The notes under the pieces were generated by a model. That model saw only the letters and a list, made by a program, of their open reading frames with translations. It searched no databases and was not told the DNA's origin. A program made the translations under genes and the position numbers. Shown piece by piece: positions 41,330 through 49,368 of a stretch of 64,000 bases of DNA (position 1 is its first letter; each line of letters starts with the position of its first letter). The stretch comes from Alphaproteobacteria bacterium (GTDB lineage Bacteria > Pseudomonadota > Alphaproteobacteria > GCA-2731375): the NCBI GenBank assembly GCA_965232515.1, contig CBDDPY010000002.1:2816001-2880000 (forward strand), written 5' to 3'.

Positions 41330-41983
41330 ATGACGGACATCGACAGCCAGCAGAACTATTACGACAAGATCGGATTCAGCGAGCGCCTGGGCTTCGGCAA
41401 GCGGCCGGCCGTGCTGGTGATCGACATGAGCCGCGGCATTACCGAGCCCGGCAAGATGTATATCGACATGGACGAGCACATCCCGCGCATCCAGGCGATC
41501 AACGAGGCGGCGCGGCGGATCGGCGCGCCGGTGATCTTCACCACGGTCGCCTATCACAAGGATCTCGCCGACGCCGGCACCTTCGGCCAGAAGGTGCCGC
41601 TGGTGCAGAACCTGCTCTACGGCTCGACCGACGTCGAGATCGACCCGCGCCTGCCGGTCGAGGAATCGGACCACCTGCTGGTGAAGAAGTTCCCGAGCGC
41701 CTTCTACGGCACCAACCTGCAGTCGATGCTGACCGGCCTCGGCGTCGACACCACCATCATCGTCGGCAACTCGACCAGCGGCTGCGTGCGGGCGACGACC
41801 TGCGACGCCATCTCGGGCGGCTTCCGCCCTGTTGTCCCCAGCGACTGCGTCGCCGACCGCGCGCCGCTGTCGCACGAGGTGAACCTGTTCGACATGGACT
41901 CGAAATACGCCGACGTCATGCCGAGCGGCGAGGTGCTCGCCTATCTCGACGGCCTGGCTACGGACCGGGTCGCGGCCGAGTAG
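41330..41983 (+). CDS. Isochorismatase-family cysteine amidohydrolase (maleamate amidohydrolase / N-carbamoylsarcosine amidase-like)
   Basis: GFGKRPAVLVID, KKFPSAFYGT and STSGCVRAT catalytic D-K-C triad. Confidence 0.9.
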   Translation: MTDIDSQQNYYDKIGFSERLGFGKRPAVLVIDMSRGITEPGKMYIDMDEHIPRIQAINEAARRIGAPVIFTTVAYHKDLADAGTFGQKVPLVQNLLYGSTDVEIDPRLPVEESDHLLVKKFPSAFYGTNLQSMLTGLGVDTTIIVGNSTSGCVRATTCDAISGGFRPVVPSDCVADRAPLSHEVNLFDMDSKYADVMPSGEVLAYLDGLATDRVAAE

Positions 41984-41994
41984 TCACCTCATAC

Positions 41995-42020
41995 GTCATG
42001 CCCGGACGTGATCCGGGCAT
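41995..42020. repeat. Half copy of the REP-like element GTCATGCCCGG..CCGGGCAT
   Basis: gtcatgcccggacgtgatccgggcat matches the left arm at 61255-61280 at 25 of 26 positions. Confidence 0.7.
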
Positions 42021-42949
42021 TCCGGCAGGGGCGGATCGGCGGAGATGCCGTTCATGGCCGCGACGCCGGGCCAGTAGTCGCTGCGGCGGAGCTGGCAGTC
42101 GAAGAACTCGTAGCGGAACCGTTCCTTGCCGGGGAAGTCCGGCGGCCACCCGTCGTCCAGGAATTGCCGCGCCCGGGCGTAGTGGCCGGTATAGATCAAC
42201 TCCAGCATGATGTCCCACAGCTTGAAGTCGTAGGGGTAGACGTCGATGCTGCCCCAATATTCGCTGTTGCGCAGCGCCTGCGCTTCGCGCCGCAGCGTCT
42301 CTTCGGAGATCGCGGACCGACGCATCAGTTCCGGCGCGAACCGGTACTTGCCGTCGCGGAACTTAAGCACGACGCCGGGCGCCGGCGAGCTGGCGAAACT
42401 CGTTTTCCAGTAGGCGAAATTAAAGTCGTAAAGCTGCGCCTCAAGCGCCGGATCGTCGTCGAGGTTCGAGAAACTCATTGGGGAGTCGCCCGTATGGAAC
42501 TCCTGCACTTTCCGGAAGGCCTTACCGACGGAATAGATATGGTAGGAATAGCAGCAATGCGCGCCGCCGGAATAAGTGGCGACCAGTACGTTCGGTTCGC
42601 CGTCGCCCGTCATGTCCTTGCCCAGCGGTATAGGCGGCACACGGTCCCAGAACGGCAACGCTCTCGGACCGACATAGATGTGTTGCTCTTCTAATTCGTC
42701 GACGATGCGGCCGGCGTTTTCGATCACCAGGCGGTCCTCCAAGCTGATGCGCCAACCGATCATGCCGCATCTGATGTCATAGATCCGGAAGGTGTAGTCG
42801 CCGATCGACGCCGATGTTTCGAGTTCCGGCCTGGCGTCACTGCTGTCGGCCGTCGTCGGAACGATGCACACCGATACCAGCGCAACGGCGAAAGCCACGG
42901 TCAGAGCCACACACCGCTTCCGTAAACCCTCCACCCGTGGGATCATCAT
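41996..42949 (-). CDS. Secreted hypothetical protein with a GGAHCC motif
   Basis: N-terminal hydrophobic signal, a DMTGDGEP Dx[DN]xDG-like loop and TYSGGAHCCY. Confidence 0.72.
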   Translation of the reverse strand: MMIPRVEGLRKRCVALTVAFAVALVSVCIVPTTADSSDARPELETSASIGDYTFRIYDIRCGMIGWRISLEDRLVIENAGRIVDELEEQHIYVGPRALPFWDRVPPIPLGKDMTGDGEPNVLVATYSGGAHCCYSYHIYSVGKAFRKVQEFHTGDSPMSFSNLDDDPALEAQLYDFNFAYWKTSFASSPAPGVVLKFRDGKYRFAPELMRRSAISEETLRREAQALRNSEYWGSIDVYPYDFKLWDIMLELIYTGHYARARQFLDDGWPPDFPGKERFRYEFFDCQLRRSDYWPGVAAMNGISADPPLPECPDHVRA

Positions 42950-43137
42950 CTCTGCCGCCCGCTCCCGGTCATCTTGGAACGAACGCATCTTATCATAGAA
43001 AAATCTAACTTATATACACTAAGAAGTAGAATTCAATTTCAGCGGCATACTTCGATCCACACCGAAGCACGGGCCAGAACCAAGCGTTACCTTCGCCGAC
43101 GTTCACTGAATGACATCGGCGGGAAGGCAGGCGGCTC

Positions 43138-44115
43138 ATGGCGAATGCGGCGCGAGCGTCAAACCGAGCGGTGGAGCTGGCGCTGTTGGGGTTGCTGGCG
43201 TTCCTGTGGGGGGCGTCCTATCCATTATTGAAGGTAGCGGTGGCGGAGATCCCGCCGCTGACGGTGATCGCGGTGCGGGTCGCGACGGCGGCGGCGGTGC
43301 TGACCGCGTTGGCGCGGTGGCAGGGCCATCGTCTGCCGCGCGAGACCAAGATGTGGCGGGCGCTGCTGGTGCAGGCCTTCTGCAACAGCATCGGCGCCTG
43401 GACGCTGCTGGCCTGGGGACAGCGCCATGTCGACAGCGGTCTCGCGGGCGTGCTGAATTCGACGTCGCCGATTTTCGTCTTCGCGATGACGTGGCTCTGG
43501 ACCCGGCACGAGGCGGTGAACGGCCGCAGGCTGCTCGGCGCCCTGCTGGGGCTGGCGGGCGTGGTCCTGATCATCGGCATCGACGTGCTGCAGGGACTGG
43601 GCCGAGAGGTGGTTGCGCAGGCTGCCGTGCTGGCGGGCGCCGTGCTCTATGCGATCGCGGCGATCTACGGCAAGCGCTTCGCCGGCCAGCCGCCGGCGGT
43701 GACGGCGGCCGGCACGATGATCTGGGCGACGGTCTGCCTGGTACCGCTCAGCCTCACCGTCGAGCGGCCGTGGACGCTGCAGCCCTCGATGGCGGCGATC
43801 ATGGCCACGGCCATACTGGCCGTGTTGTCGACGGCGCTGGCGCTGCTGCTCTATTTCCGGCTGGTGCGAACGCTGGGGTCGATGGGCGTCGCCAGCCAGA
43901 GCTATCTTCGGGCCGGCATCAGCGTCCTGCTTGGCGTGGTCCTGCTGGGCGAGACGATCAGCTGGCCGGTCGGCCTAGGCCTGGCGGCGATCATCGCCGG
44001 CGTCGCCGCCATCAATGTCGCGAGACCACGCCGTCCCGCTCAGTCGGGTGAGGCGAGCAGATCCGGATACACGAGAAAGGCCGTCACGAGGAACGCCAGC
44101 AGGCCGGCGGCCTGA
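43138..44115 (+). CDS. EamA/DMT family transporter
   Basis: LWGASY, SGLAGVLNSTSPIF, LLGE and multiple TM helices. Confidence 0.9.
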   Translation: MANAARASNRAVELALLGLLAFLWGASYPLLKVAVAEIPPLTVIAVRVATAAAVLTALARWQGHRLPRETKMWRALLVQAFCNSIGAWTLLAWGQRHVDSGLAGVLNSTSPIFVFAMTWLWTRHEAVNGRRLLGALLGLAGVVLIIGIDVLQGLGREVVAQAAVLAGAVLYAIAAIYGKRFAGQPPAVTAAGTMIWATVCLVPLSLTVERPWTLQPSMAAIMATAILAVLSTALALLLYFRLVRTLGSMGVASQSYLRAGISVLLGVVLLGETISWPVGLGLAAIIAGVAAINVARPRRPAQSGEASRSGYTRKAVTRNASRPAA

Positions 44116-44300
44116 AACATGGCGGCGGCGCGCCGACCGCGCCGGAAGGCGTAGACGATCAGGAACGCCCACACCAGCACGCCCCATAGAAACGCGATCT
44201 GAAATGCCAGCAGATTGTCCATATCCATTCCCAGCGCAGACCGAGCAAAAATATGACATGGATCACATCACGGTTGGGACGGCGTGCTTAACTTTGAGGC

Positions 44301-44501
44301 ATGCACATTCGATTTGATGATGTGGTTGCGCGGGTGCGGCGGCTGCCGGCGGCGCAACAGGACGAGGCGGCGGCGTTGCTGATTGATTTTCTGCGGAATG
44401 TCGACAAGCCGCCGGCCGGGTGCGACGGCCGGACAGGCGTGCCGGGGCGTTATGCCACGGCGGCGCAGATCGACGCGGTCTTCAGATCGCTCAGCCGCTA
44501 A
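44301..44501 (+). CDS. Small hypothetical protein, antitoxin-like
   Basis: VARVRRLPAAQQDEAA and ATAAQIDAVF resemble alphaproteobacterial addiction-module antitoxins. Confidence 0.45.
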   Translation: MHIRFDDVVARVRRLPAAQQDEAAALLIDFLRNVDKPPAGCDGRTGVPGRYATAAQIDAVFRSLSR

Positions 44502-44514
44502 CGCCGCGGGCGGC

Positions 44515-45345
44515 CTAGCGCCTGACGCCGTGGACGATCAGGTAGTCTCTGGGGACGCAGATCCCCAACTCGGTCGCGAAATGCGCATGGAAGGCGACGA
44601 ACTTCCGCTTGAGGTCCTGGCAGGCCGCCTCGTCGAGCCTCGCCACGAGCGTGCGCAGCGGGCCGTAGCCGGTTGAGAACGTCTCCCAGGCCGTGAGGCC
44701 GTCCGGCTCGCGATAGTACGAGGTGCCGTGCTCGAAGGTGAGGTCGAAATCGTCGCCGAGAAGTTCGGCAATGCGTTCCGGCCTGCCCCATTCGAACGGC
44801 GAGGCCGGCGGCGTGCCGGCCGGCGCCGGCATGAAGGCCTTCATCACCTTGAACATCTCGAAGACGTTGCCGTCCGGTGTCCAGGTCGCCAGCGCCAAGC
44901 GGCCGCCCGGCCGGCAGACACGGGCAAGCTCGGCGGCGGCGTCTGCCGGCCGCTGCACGAACATGACGCCGAAGGTCGAGATCACGGCGTCGAAGGCGCC
45001 CGTCGGATAGGCCAGCAGCTCGGCGTCGCCGTCGTCGAATGCGATATCGAGACCGCGCGTGCCGGCGAAGTCCCGCGCCGCGGCGACGACGTCGGGCGCG
45101 AAATCGACGCCGGTGACCTTGAAGCCCCGGTCGGCCAGCCGCCGCGCGGTCCAGCCGGTGCCCGTGGCGACGTCGAGAATGCGGTCGCCCGGCTCGGGCG
45201 CCAGACGATTGATGCAGTGCTCGATGGCGTCCGCGATGCCCCGGCTCACCTCGTCGTAGGCGCGGCCGGCCGACGACCAGGTCGCCGACGGCACGGCATT
45301 GTGCGGGCGGACGGTTTTCTCGACAGAATCTTGTGCAAGAGTCAT
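44515..45345 (-). CDS. Class I SAM-dependent methyltransferase (UbiE-like)
   Basis: ILDVATGTG, DGDAE, FDAVISTFGVMF and RVCRPGGRL. GGAG RBS before ATG 45345. Confidence 0.92.
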   Translation of the reverse strand: MTLAQDSVEKTVRPHNAVPSATWSSAGRAYDEVSRGIADAIEHCINRLAPEPGDRILDVATGTGWTARRLADRGFKVTGVDFAPDVVAAARDFAGTRGLDIAFDDGDAELLAYPTGAFDAVISTFGVMFVQRPADAAAELARVCRPGGRLALATWTPDGNVFEMFKVMKAFMPAPAGTPPASPFEWGRPERIAELLGDDFDLTFEHGTSYYREPDGLTAWETFSTGYGPLRTLVARLDEAACQDLKRKFVAFHAHFATELGICVPRDYLIVHGVRR

Positions 45346-45429
45346 TCTTGTCTCCATTCGATTGCACGCCCGAGACCAGATGGCCCCTGGACGTGGCGGG
45401 GAGATCGGAAAGCGAGAACCGACGATCCA

Positions 45430-45444
45430 GTTCAGAAAATGAAC
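45430..45444. promoter_or_regulatory. Palindromic operator candidate GTTCA-N5-TGAAC
   Basis: Perfect inverted repeat between the divergent methyltransferase and HxlR-type regulator genes. Confidence 0.55.
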
Positions 45445-45516
45445 CGGACACGGGATTGGCCGTCGCCTACATATCGACAGACGCCGATCCGGCAACCCAG
45501 TCAGGACCGTCGAGCC

Positions 45517-46224
45517 ATGAAAAAAGAAACGGAATACGGGCAATTCTGCCCTGTCGCCAAGGCGGCCGAGATCGTTACCACGCGATGGACGCCGCTGATC
45601 CTGCGCGAGCTGATCTGCGGCAGCTCGCGCTTTAACGAAATCCATCGCGGCGTGCCGCTGATGTCACGGGCCCTGCTGTCGAAGCGGCTGAAGGAGCTGC
45701 AGACATCAGGCGTCATCGAACGTGACGGGCCGGCTGGATCGCAGACCTCGGCCTACCGCCTGACGCAATCGGGCGAAGCGCTGCAGCCGATCATCGTCGC
45801 GCTGGGCCTCTGGGGCCAGCAATGGGTGGAGAGCGCGCTCGAGGGACCGGACTGGGATGCCGGCGTGCTGATGTGGGACATGAAACGGCGCATCGATACC
45901 TCGGTCATGCCCACCGGACGTACGGTCATGCAGTTCGACTATCACGACGCGCCAAGCGAGCTGAGCCGCTGGTGGCTGGTCATCGACGACGACGATGTCG
46001 ATCTTTGCCAGTCCGATCCGGGGCACGAGGTCGACCTTTACGTCGCTTCCAGCGTTCCGGTCATGGCCAGCGTCTGGATCGGCAAGCGGTCGCTGGCGGG
46101 CGCATTGGATGACGAGGAAATCGTCGTCGTCGGCGACGCCGCGCTCTGCAAGACAATCCGGCGCTGGCTGAAGTTGTCCCTGCTGGTCGATGCCGCGAAA
46201 GCGTCAGAAGCCCTAGCGGGTTAG
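45517..46224 (+). CDS. HxlR-family winged-helix regulator with C-terminal SCP2-like extension
   Basis: YGQFCPVAKAAE, RWTPLILREL, RFNEI, LLSKRLKEL and YRLT. Confidence 0.9.
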   Translation: MKKETEYGQFCPVAKAAEIVTTRWTPLILRELICGSSRFNEIHRGVPLMSRALLSKRLKELQTSGVIERDGPAGSQTSAYRLTQSGEALQPIIVALGLWGQQWVESALEGPDWDAGVLMWDMKRRIDTSVMPTGRTVMQFDYHDAPSELSRWWLVIDDDDVDLCQSDPGHEVDLYVASSVPVMASVWIGKRSLAGALDDEEIVVVGDAALCKTIRRWLKLSLLVDAAKASEALAG

Positions 46225-46388
46225 AGACCGGCGATGGTGACGAGATTAACCATAGTCGCAAAAAGTTGATCTAATGCGCCGATTTCCGGCGTTTTCCGAG
46301 CAAGCTGCGGAGCCTTGCCGGCCATTGTTCGGGCATGCGACTATTGGCGGCATTCGGGCAAACGGGGGCGCAAGGCGGGTTGCGGCCG

Positions 46389-46757
46389 ATGGCAAGAACA
46401 ATGTTTGAAAAATACGGCGGATTCGGCGCCGTCAGCAAAGTGGTCAGCGCGTTCTACGACAAGGTGCTGGACTCCGACATCATCGGTCCGTATTTCGACG
46501 ATGTCGACATGCGCCGGCTGGTGGATCACCAGACCAAGTTCATCTCGGACACCATGGGCGGCCCGGCCAGCTATTCGAACGAGGCCCTGCGCAAGGTGCA
46601 CGCGTCGCACCATATCGATCGCGAGGCGTATGAGGAGATGGCCCGGCTGCTGCGCGAGACGCTGCTGGAGTTCGAGATCGAGCCGGCCGACGTCGACGCC
46701 ATCATGAGCGAGATCGAGGCCCGGTCGGCCTACGTGATCTCCGGTCAGGCGACGTGA
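46389..46757 (+). CDS. Group I truncated (2/2) hemoglobin
   Basis: FEKYGG, FY (B9/B10), YF (CD1), HQTKF (E7), MGGP and a proximal His in KVH. Confidence 0.92.
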   Translation: MARTMFEKYGGFGAVSKVVSAFYDKVLDSDIIGPYFDDVDMRRLVDHQTKFISDTMGGPASYSNEALRKVHASHHIDREAYEEMARLLRETLLEFEIEPADVDAIMSEIEARSAYVISGQAT

Positions 46758-47842
46758 GCGAGCCGGCCCGGGATATCGCCATGAACATGGACCGCTTCCG
46801 CGCGGCCCTGCTCGACACGGTCGGTGTCGGCTTGGCCGTCGTCGAGCCGAACGAGTTCCGCTTGCTGATCCATAACGCCATGTTCGCCGAATGGTTCCCG
46901 GCCGTGAATGAGGGTTCGGTGCGGCTGCTGGACATCCTGCCCGACTTCGACTTGCCGATGGCGAAGGCGCGCCTCAGCGAAGCGCAGAGCTGGAAATTCG
47001 AGGTCGAGGTCAAACCGAAACGCCGCACCATCGTGCTGGCGATCGAAGTGGTGCCGGCCGAGGGTTCGATCGACGGCGAGCTGATGGTGCAGTGCCAGAA
47101 CATCTCGAAGATCCGCGAACTGGAATACATGATCGAGTCCTACTCGAACATGATCGAGCGGCAGAACCGCGACCTGCGCAAGGAGAAGGAGCGGGTCGAA
47201 AAGCTGCTGCTGAACATCATGCCGCAGCAGGTCTACGAGGAATGGAAGGAGTTCGGCGTCACCACGCCGCACCGCTATGACGCGGCATCGGTGCTGATGC
47301 TGGATTTCGTCGGCTTCACCGAGATGTCGATCACGCACGAGCCGACCAAGTTGATCGCCGAATTGAACGACATCTTCACCGGCTTCGACCGCATCGTCGA
47401 ACAGTTCGGCTGCGAGCGACTGAAGACGATCGGCGATGCCTATGTGGCCGTCGCCGGCGTGCCGGAACCGAACCCGGATCACGCGCGCAACGTCGCCCAG
47501 GTGGCCCTGCGCTTCGTGCGGTTTCTCAAACGCCGCAACAGCACCAGCGAGTTCGAATGGCGCTGCCGTGTCGGCATCAGCTCGGGCCCGGTGATCGGCT
47601 CCGTCGTCGGCGTGCAGAAATACGTCTACGACATCTTCGGCCCGGGCATGAATCTCGCCGCCCGGCTGGAGCCGCTGTGCCAGCCCATGGAGATCCTGGT
47701 CAGCGGCGACACGCACGCGCTGATCGGCAACGACTTCGCCTTCTCGAACATGGGCACGCACGACATCCGCGGCTTCGGCCCGAAGGCCGTCTACCGCCTG
47801 GAAGGCGACTTCGGCGCGGCCAACGATTCCGCCTTCGGATAG
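46754..47842 (+). CDS. Soluble class III adenylate cyclase with N-terminal PAS-like domain and S-helix
   Basis: KEKERVEKLLLNIMP coiled coil, LDFVGFT, LKTIGDAY and YDIFGPGMNLAARLE. The GTGA start overlaps the globin stop. Confidence 0.9.
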   Translation: MSEPARDIAMNMDRFRAALLDTVGVGLAVVEPNEFRLLIHNAMFAEWFPAVNEGSVRLLDILPDFDLPMAKARLSEAQSWKFEVEVKPKRRTIVLAIEVVPAEGSIDGELMVQCQNISKIRELEYMIESYSNMIERQNRDLRKEKERVEKLLLNIMPQQVYEEWKEFGVTTPHRYDAASVLMLDFVGFTEMSITHEPTKLIAELNDIFTGFDRIVEQFGCERLKTIGDAYVAVAGVPEPNPDHARNVAQVALRFVRFLKRRNSTSEFEWRCRVGISSGPVIGSVVGVQKYVYDIFGPGMNLAARLEPLCQPMEILVSGDTHALIGNDFAFSNMGTHDIRGFGPKAVYRLEGDFGAANDSAFG

Positions 47843-47849
47843 CGCCGCG

Positions 47850-49106
47850 TCAATCACCCAGCGAAGCCGACCGCGATGCGGTGTCGACTGTCTCACGCGC
47901 CAGATAGTCACGCTGCAGGTCCGTGATGTAGTCGCGGGTGATCGGGGCGGCATCGCGCTGGCGGGAGAGCTGCATCTGGAAGACGAGCTGGCTGCCGGTG
48001 CGGAACATCATCTCGGCGCTGATCAGATAGAACTCCCACATACGGGCGAAGCGGGCGTCGTACATCGCTTCGATTTGCGCCCGGTTGGCCTGGAAGCGGC
48101 GGTCCCATTCCAGCAGCGTCTTGGCGTAGTGCACGCGCAGGAATTCTAGGTCGGTGACCCAGAGGCTGTGCTGCTCGACGACCTCGAAGACTTCAGACAA
48201 CGCGGGCGAATAGGCGCCGGGAAAGATGTATTTCCTGAGCCACGGGCTCGCCGTGCCGGGCGGGCTCATATGGCCGATGGAATGCAGCATCATCAGGCCG
48301 TCGTCGGGCATCAGATCGTTGATCTTGGCGAAGAACTCACCGTAGTGATGCACGCCGACATGCTCGAACATGCCGACCGAGACGATACGGTCGAAGCGGC
48401 CCTCGACCTCGCGGTAATCACGCAGCTCGAAACGCACCCGGCCCTCCAGCCCGGCGTCACGCGCGCGCTGCTGCGCCAGCGCGTGCTGCTCTTCCGAGAG
48501 CGTGACGCCCAGCACCTCGATATCTTCGAGCCCGGCGAGGTAGAGCCCGAGTCCGCCCCAGCCGCAGCCGATATCGAGCACGCGCTGGCCCGGCTTGAGG
48601 CCGAGCTTGGCGGCCAAGAGCCGCATCTTGTTGCGCTGCGCCGCCTCCAGGCTGTCGCCATCGTCGCGGAAATAGGCGCACGAGTAATGCATGTCGTCGT
48701 CGAGGAAGAGTTTGTAGAAGTCGTTGCCGAGGTCATAGTGATGGGCGACGTTCTGCTGTGCCTGCCCGACCCGGTTGGCCTGCTGGAACTTCTTCAGCAT
48801 GCGCGAGATGCGCCGCAACACGTGCTGCAGCGGATAGGAGCCCAGCGCCAGACGGTTGATCGAGAACAGCGTCAGAAAATCCCGTAGACCGGAGTCCTCG
48901 AAGCTGAGCCGGCCGTCCATATAGGCTTCGCCGGCATGCAGTTCGGGATTGAAGAACAGCTTGCGGTAAAGCGTCGGATCGCTGAGCCGCATGGTCACGA
49001 CCGGCCCCGGCGCGCCGGCAAAGACATGAACGCGGTCGTCGGCATCGATCACGTTCAGCGTGCCGGTTTGCACGAACGACTTCAGCATGTGCGACAGGGG
49101 AAACAT
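47850..49106 (-). CDS. cfa: Cyclopropane-fatty-acyl-phospholipid synthase family methyltransferase
   Basis: NVAHHYDLGN, YSCAYF, LDIGCGWGG, SVGMFEHVG and KYIFPG. Confidence 0.93.
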   Translation of the reverse strand: MFPLSHMLKSFVQTGTLNVIDADDRVHVFAGAPGPVVTMRLSDPTLYRKLFFNPELHAGEAYMDGRLSFEDSGLRDFLTLFSINRLALGSYPLQHVLRRISRMLKKFQQANRVGQAQQNVAHHYDLGNDFYKLFLDDDMHYSCAYFRDDGDSLEAAQRNKMRLLAAKLGLKPGQRVLDIGCGWGGLGLYLAGLEDIEVLGVTLSEEQHALAQQRARDAGLEGRVRFELRDYREVEGRFDRIVSVGMFEHVGVHHYGEFFAKINDLMPDDGLMMLHSIGHMSPPGTASPWLRKYIFPGAYSPALSEVFEVVEQHSLWVTDLEFLRVHYAKTLLEWDRRFQANRAQIEAMYDARFARMWEFYLISAEMMFRTGSQLVFQMQLSRQRDAAPITRDYITDLQRDYLARETVDTASRSASLGD

Positions 49107-49368
49107 CCGCGCATCCTCGAATCTCTCGGCCGGCCGAGTCGCCGCCGCCGCTACCTTAACGCGGTAACAGATACGTCCAAAGACGCACCGTTAGATGCAC
49201 GGCGCCGGCAATACGTCACGGCCTGGCGAAAACGTTTGGTCGCGCCGGGACGGCGCGGTCCTTCGTCCCGACCAACCAGCGTATCGCCCCGATTCACAAG
49301 ACGTCGGGCGATATCAACACGGCGTGCGATATCGCCACAACGGCCGTGAAGGCCCCGGACGTGCCGGC

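Noticed and set aside
44040-44228. 62-aa hydrophobic ORF on the minus strand
   Set aside because: It may be a real two-TM protein, but it overlaps the EamA 3' end by 76 bp and has no motif, so it was not called.
46246-46280. FNR/FixK box or full CtrA site upstream of the globin
   Set aside because: Only half sites (TTAACCAT, TTGAT) are present.
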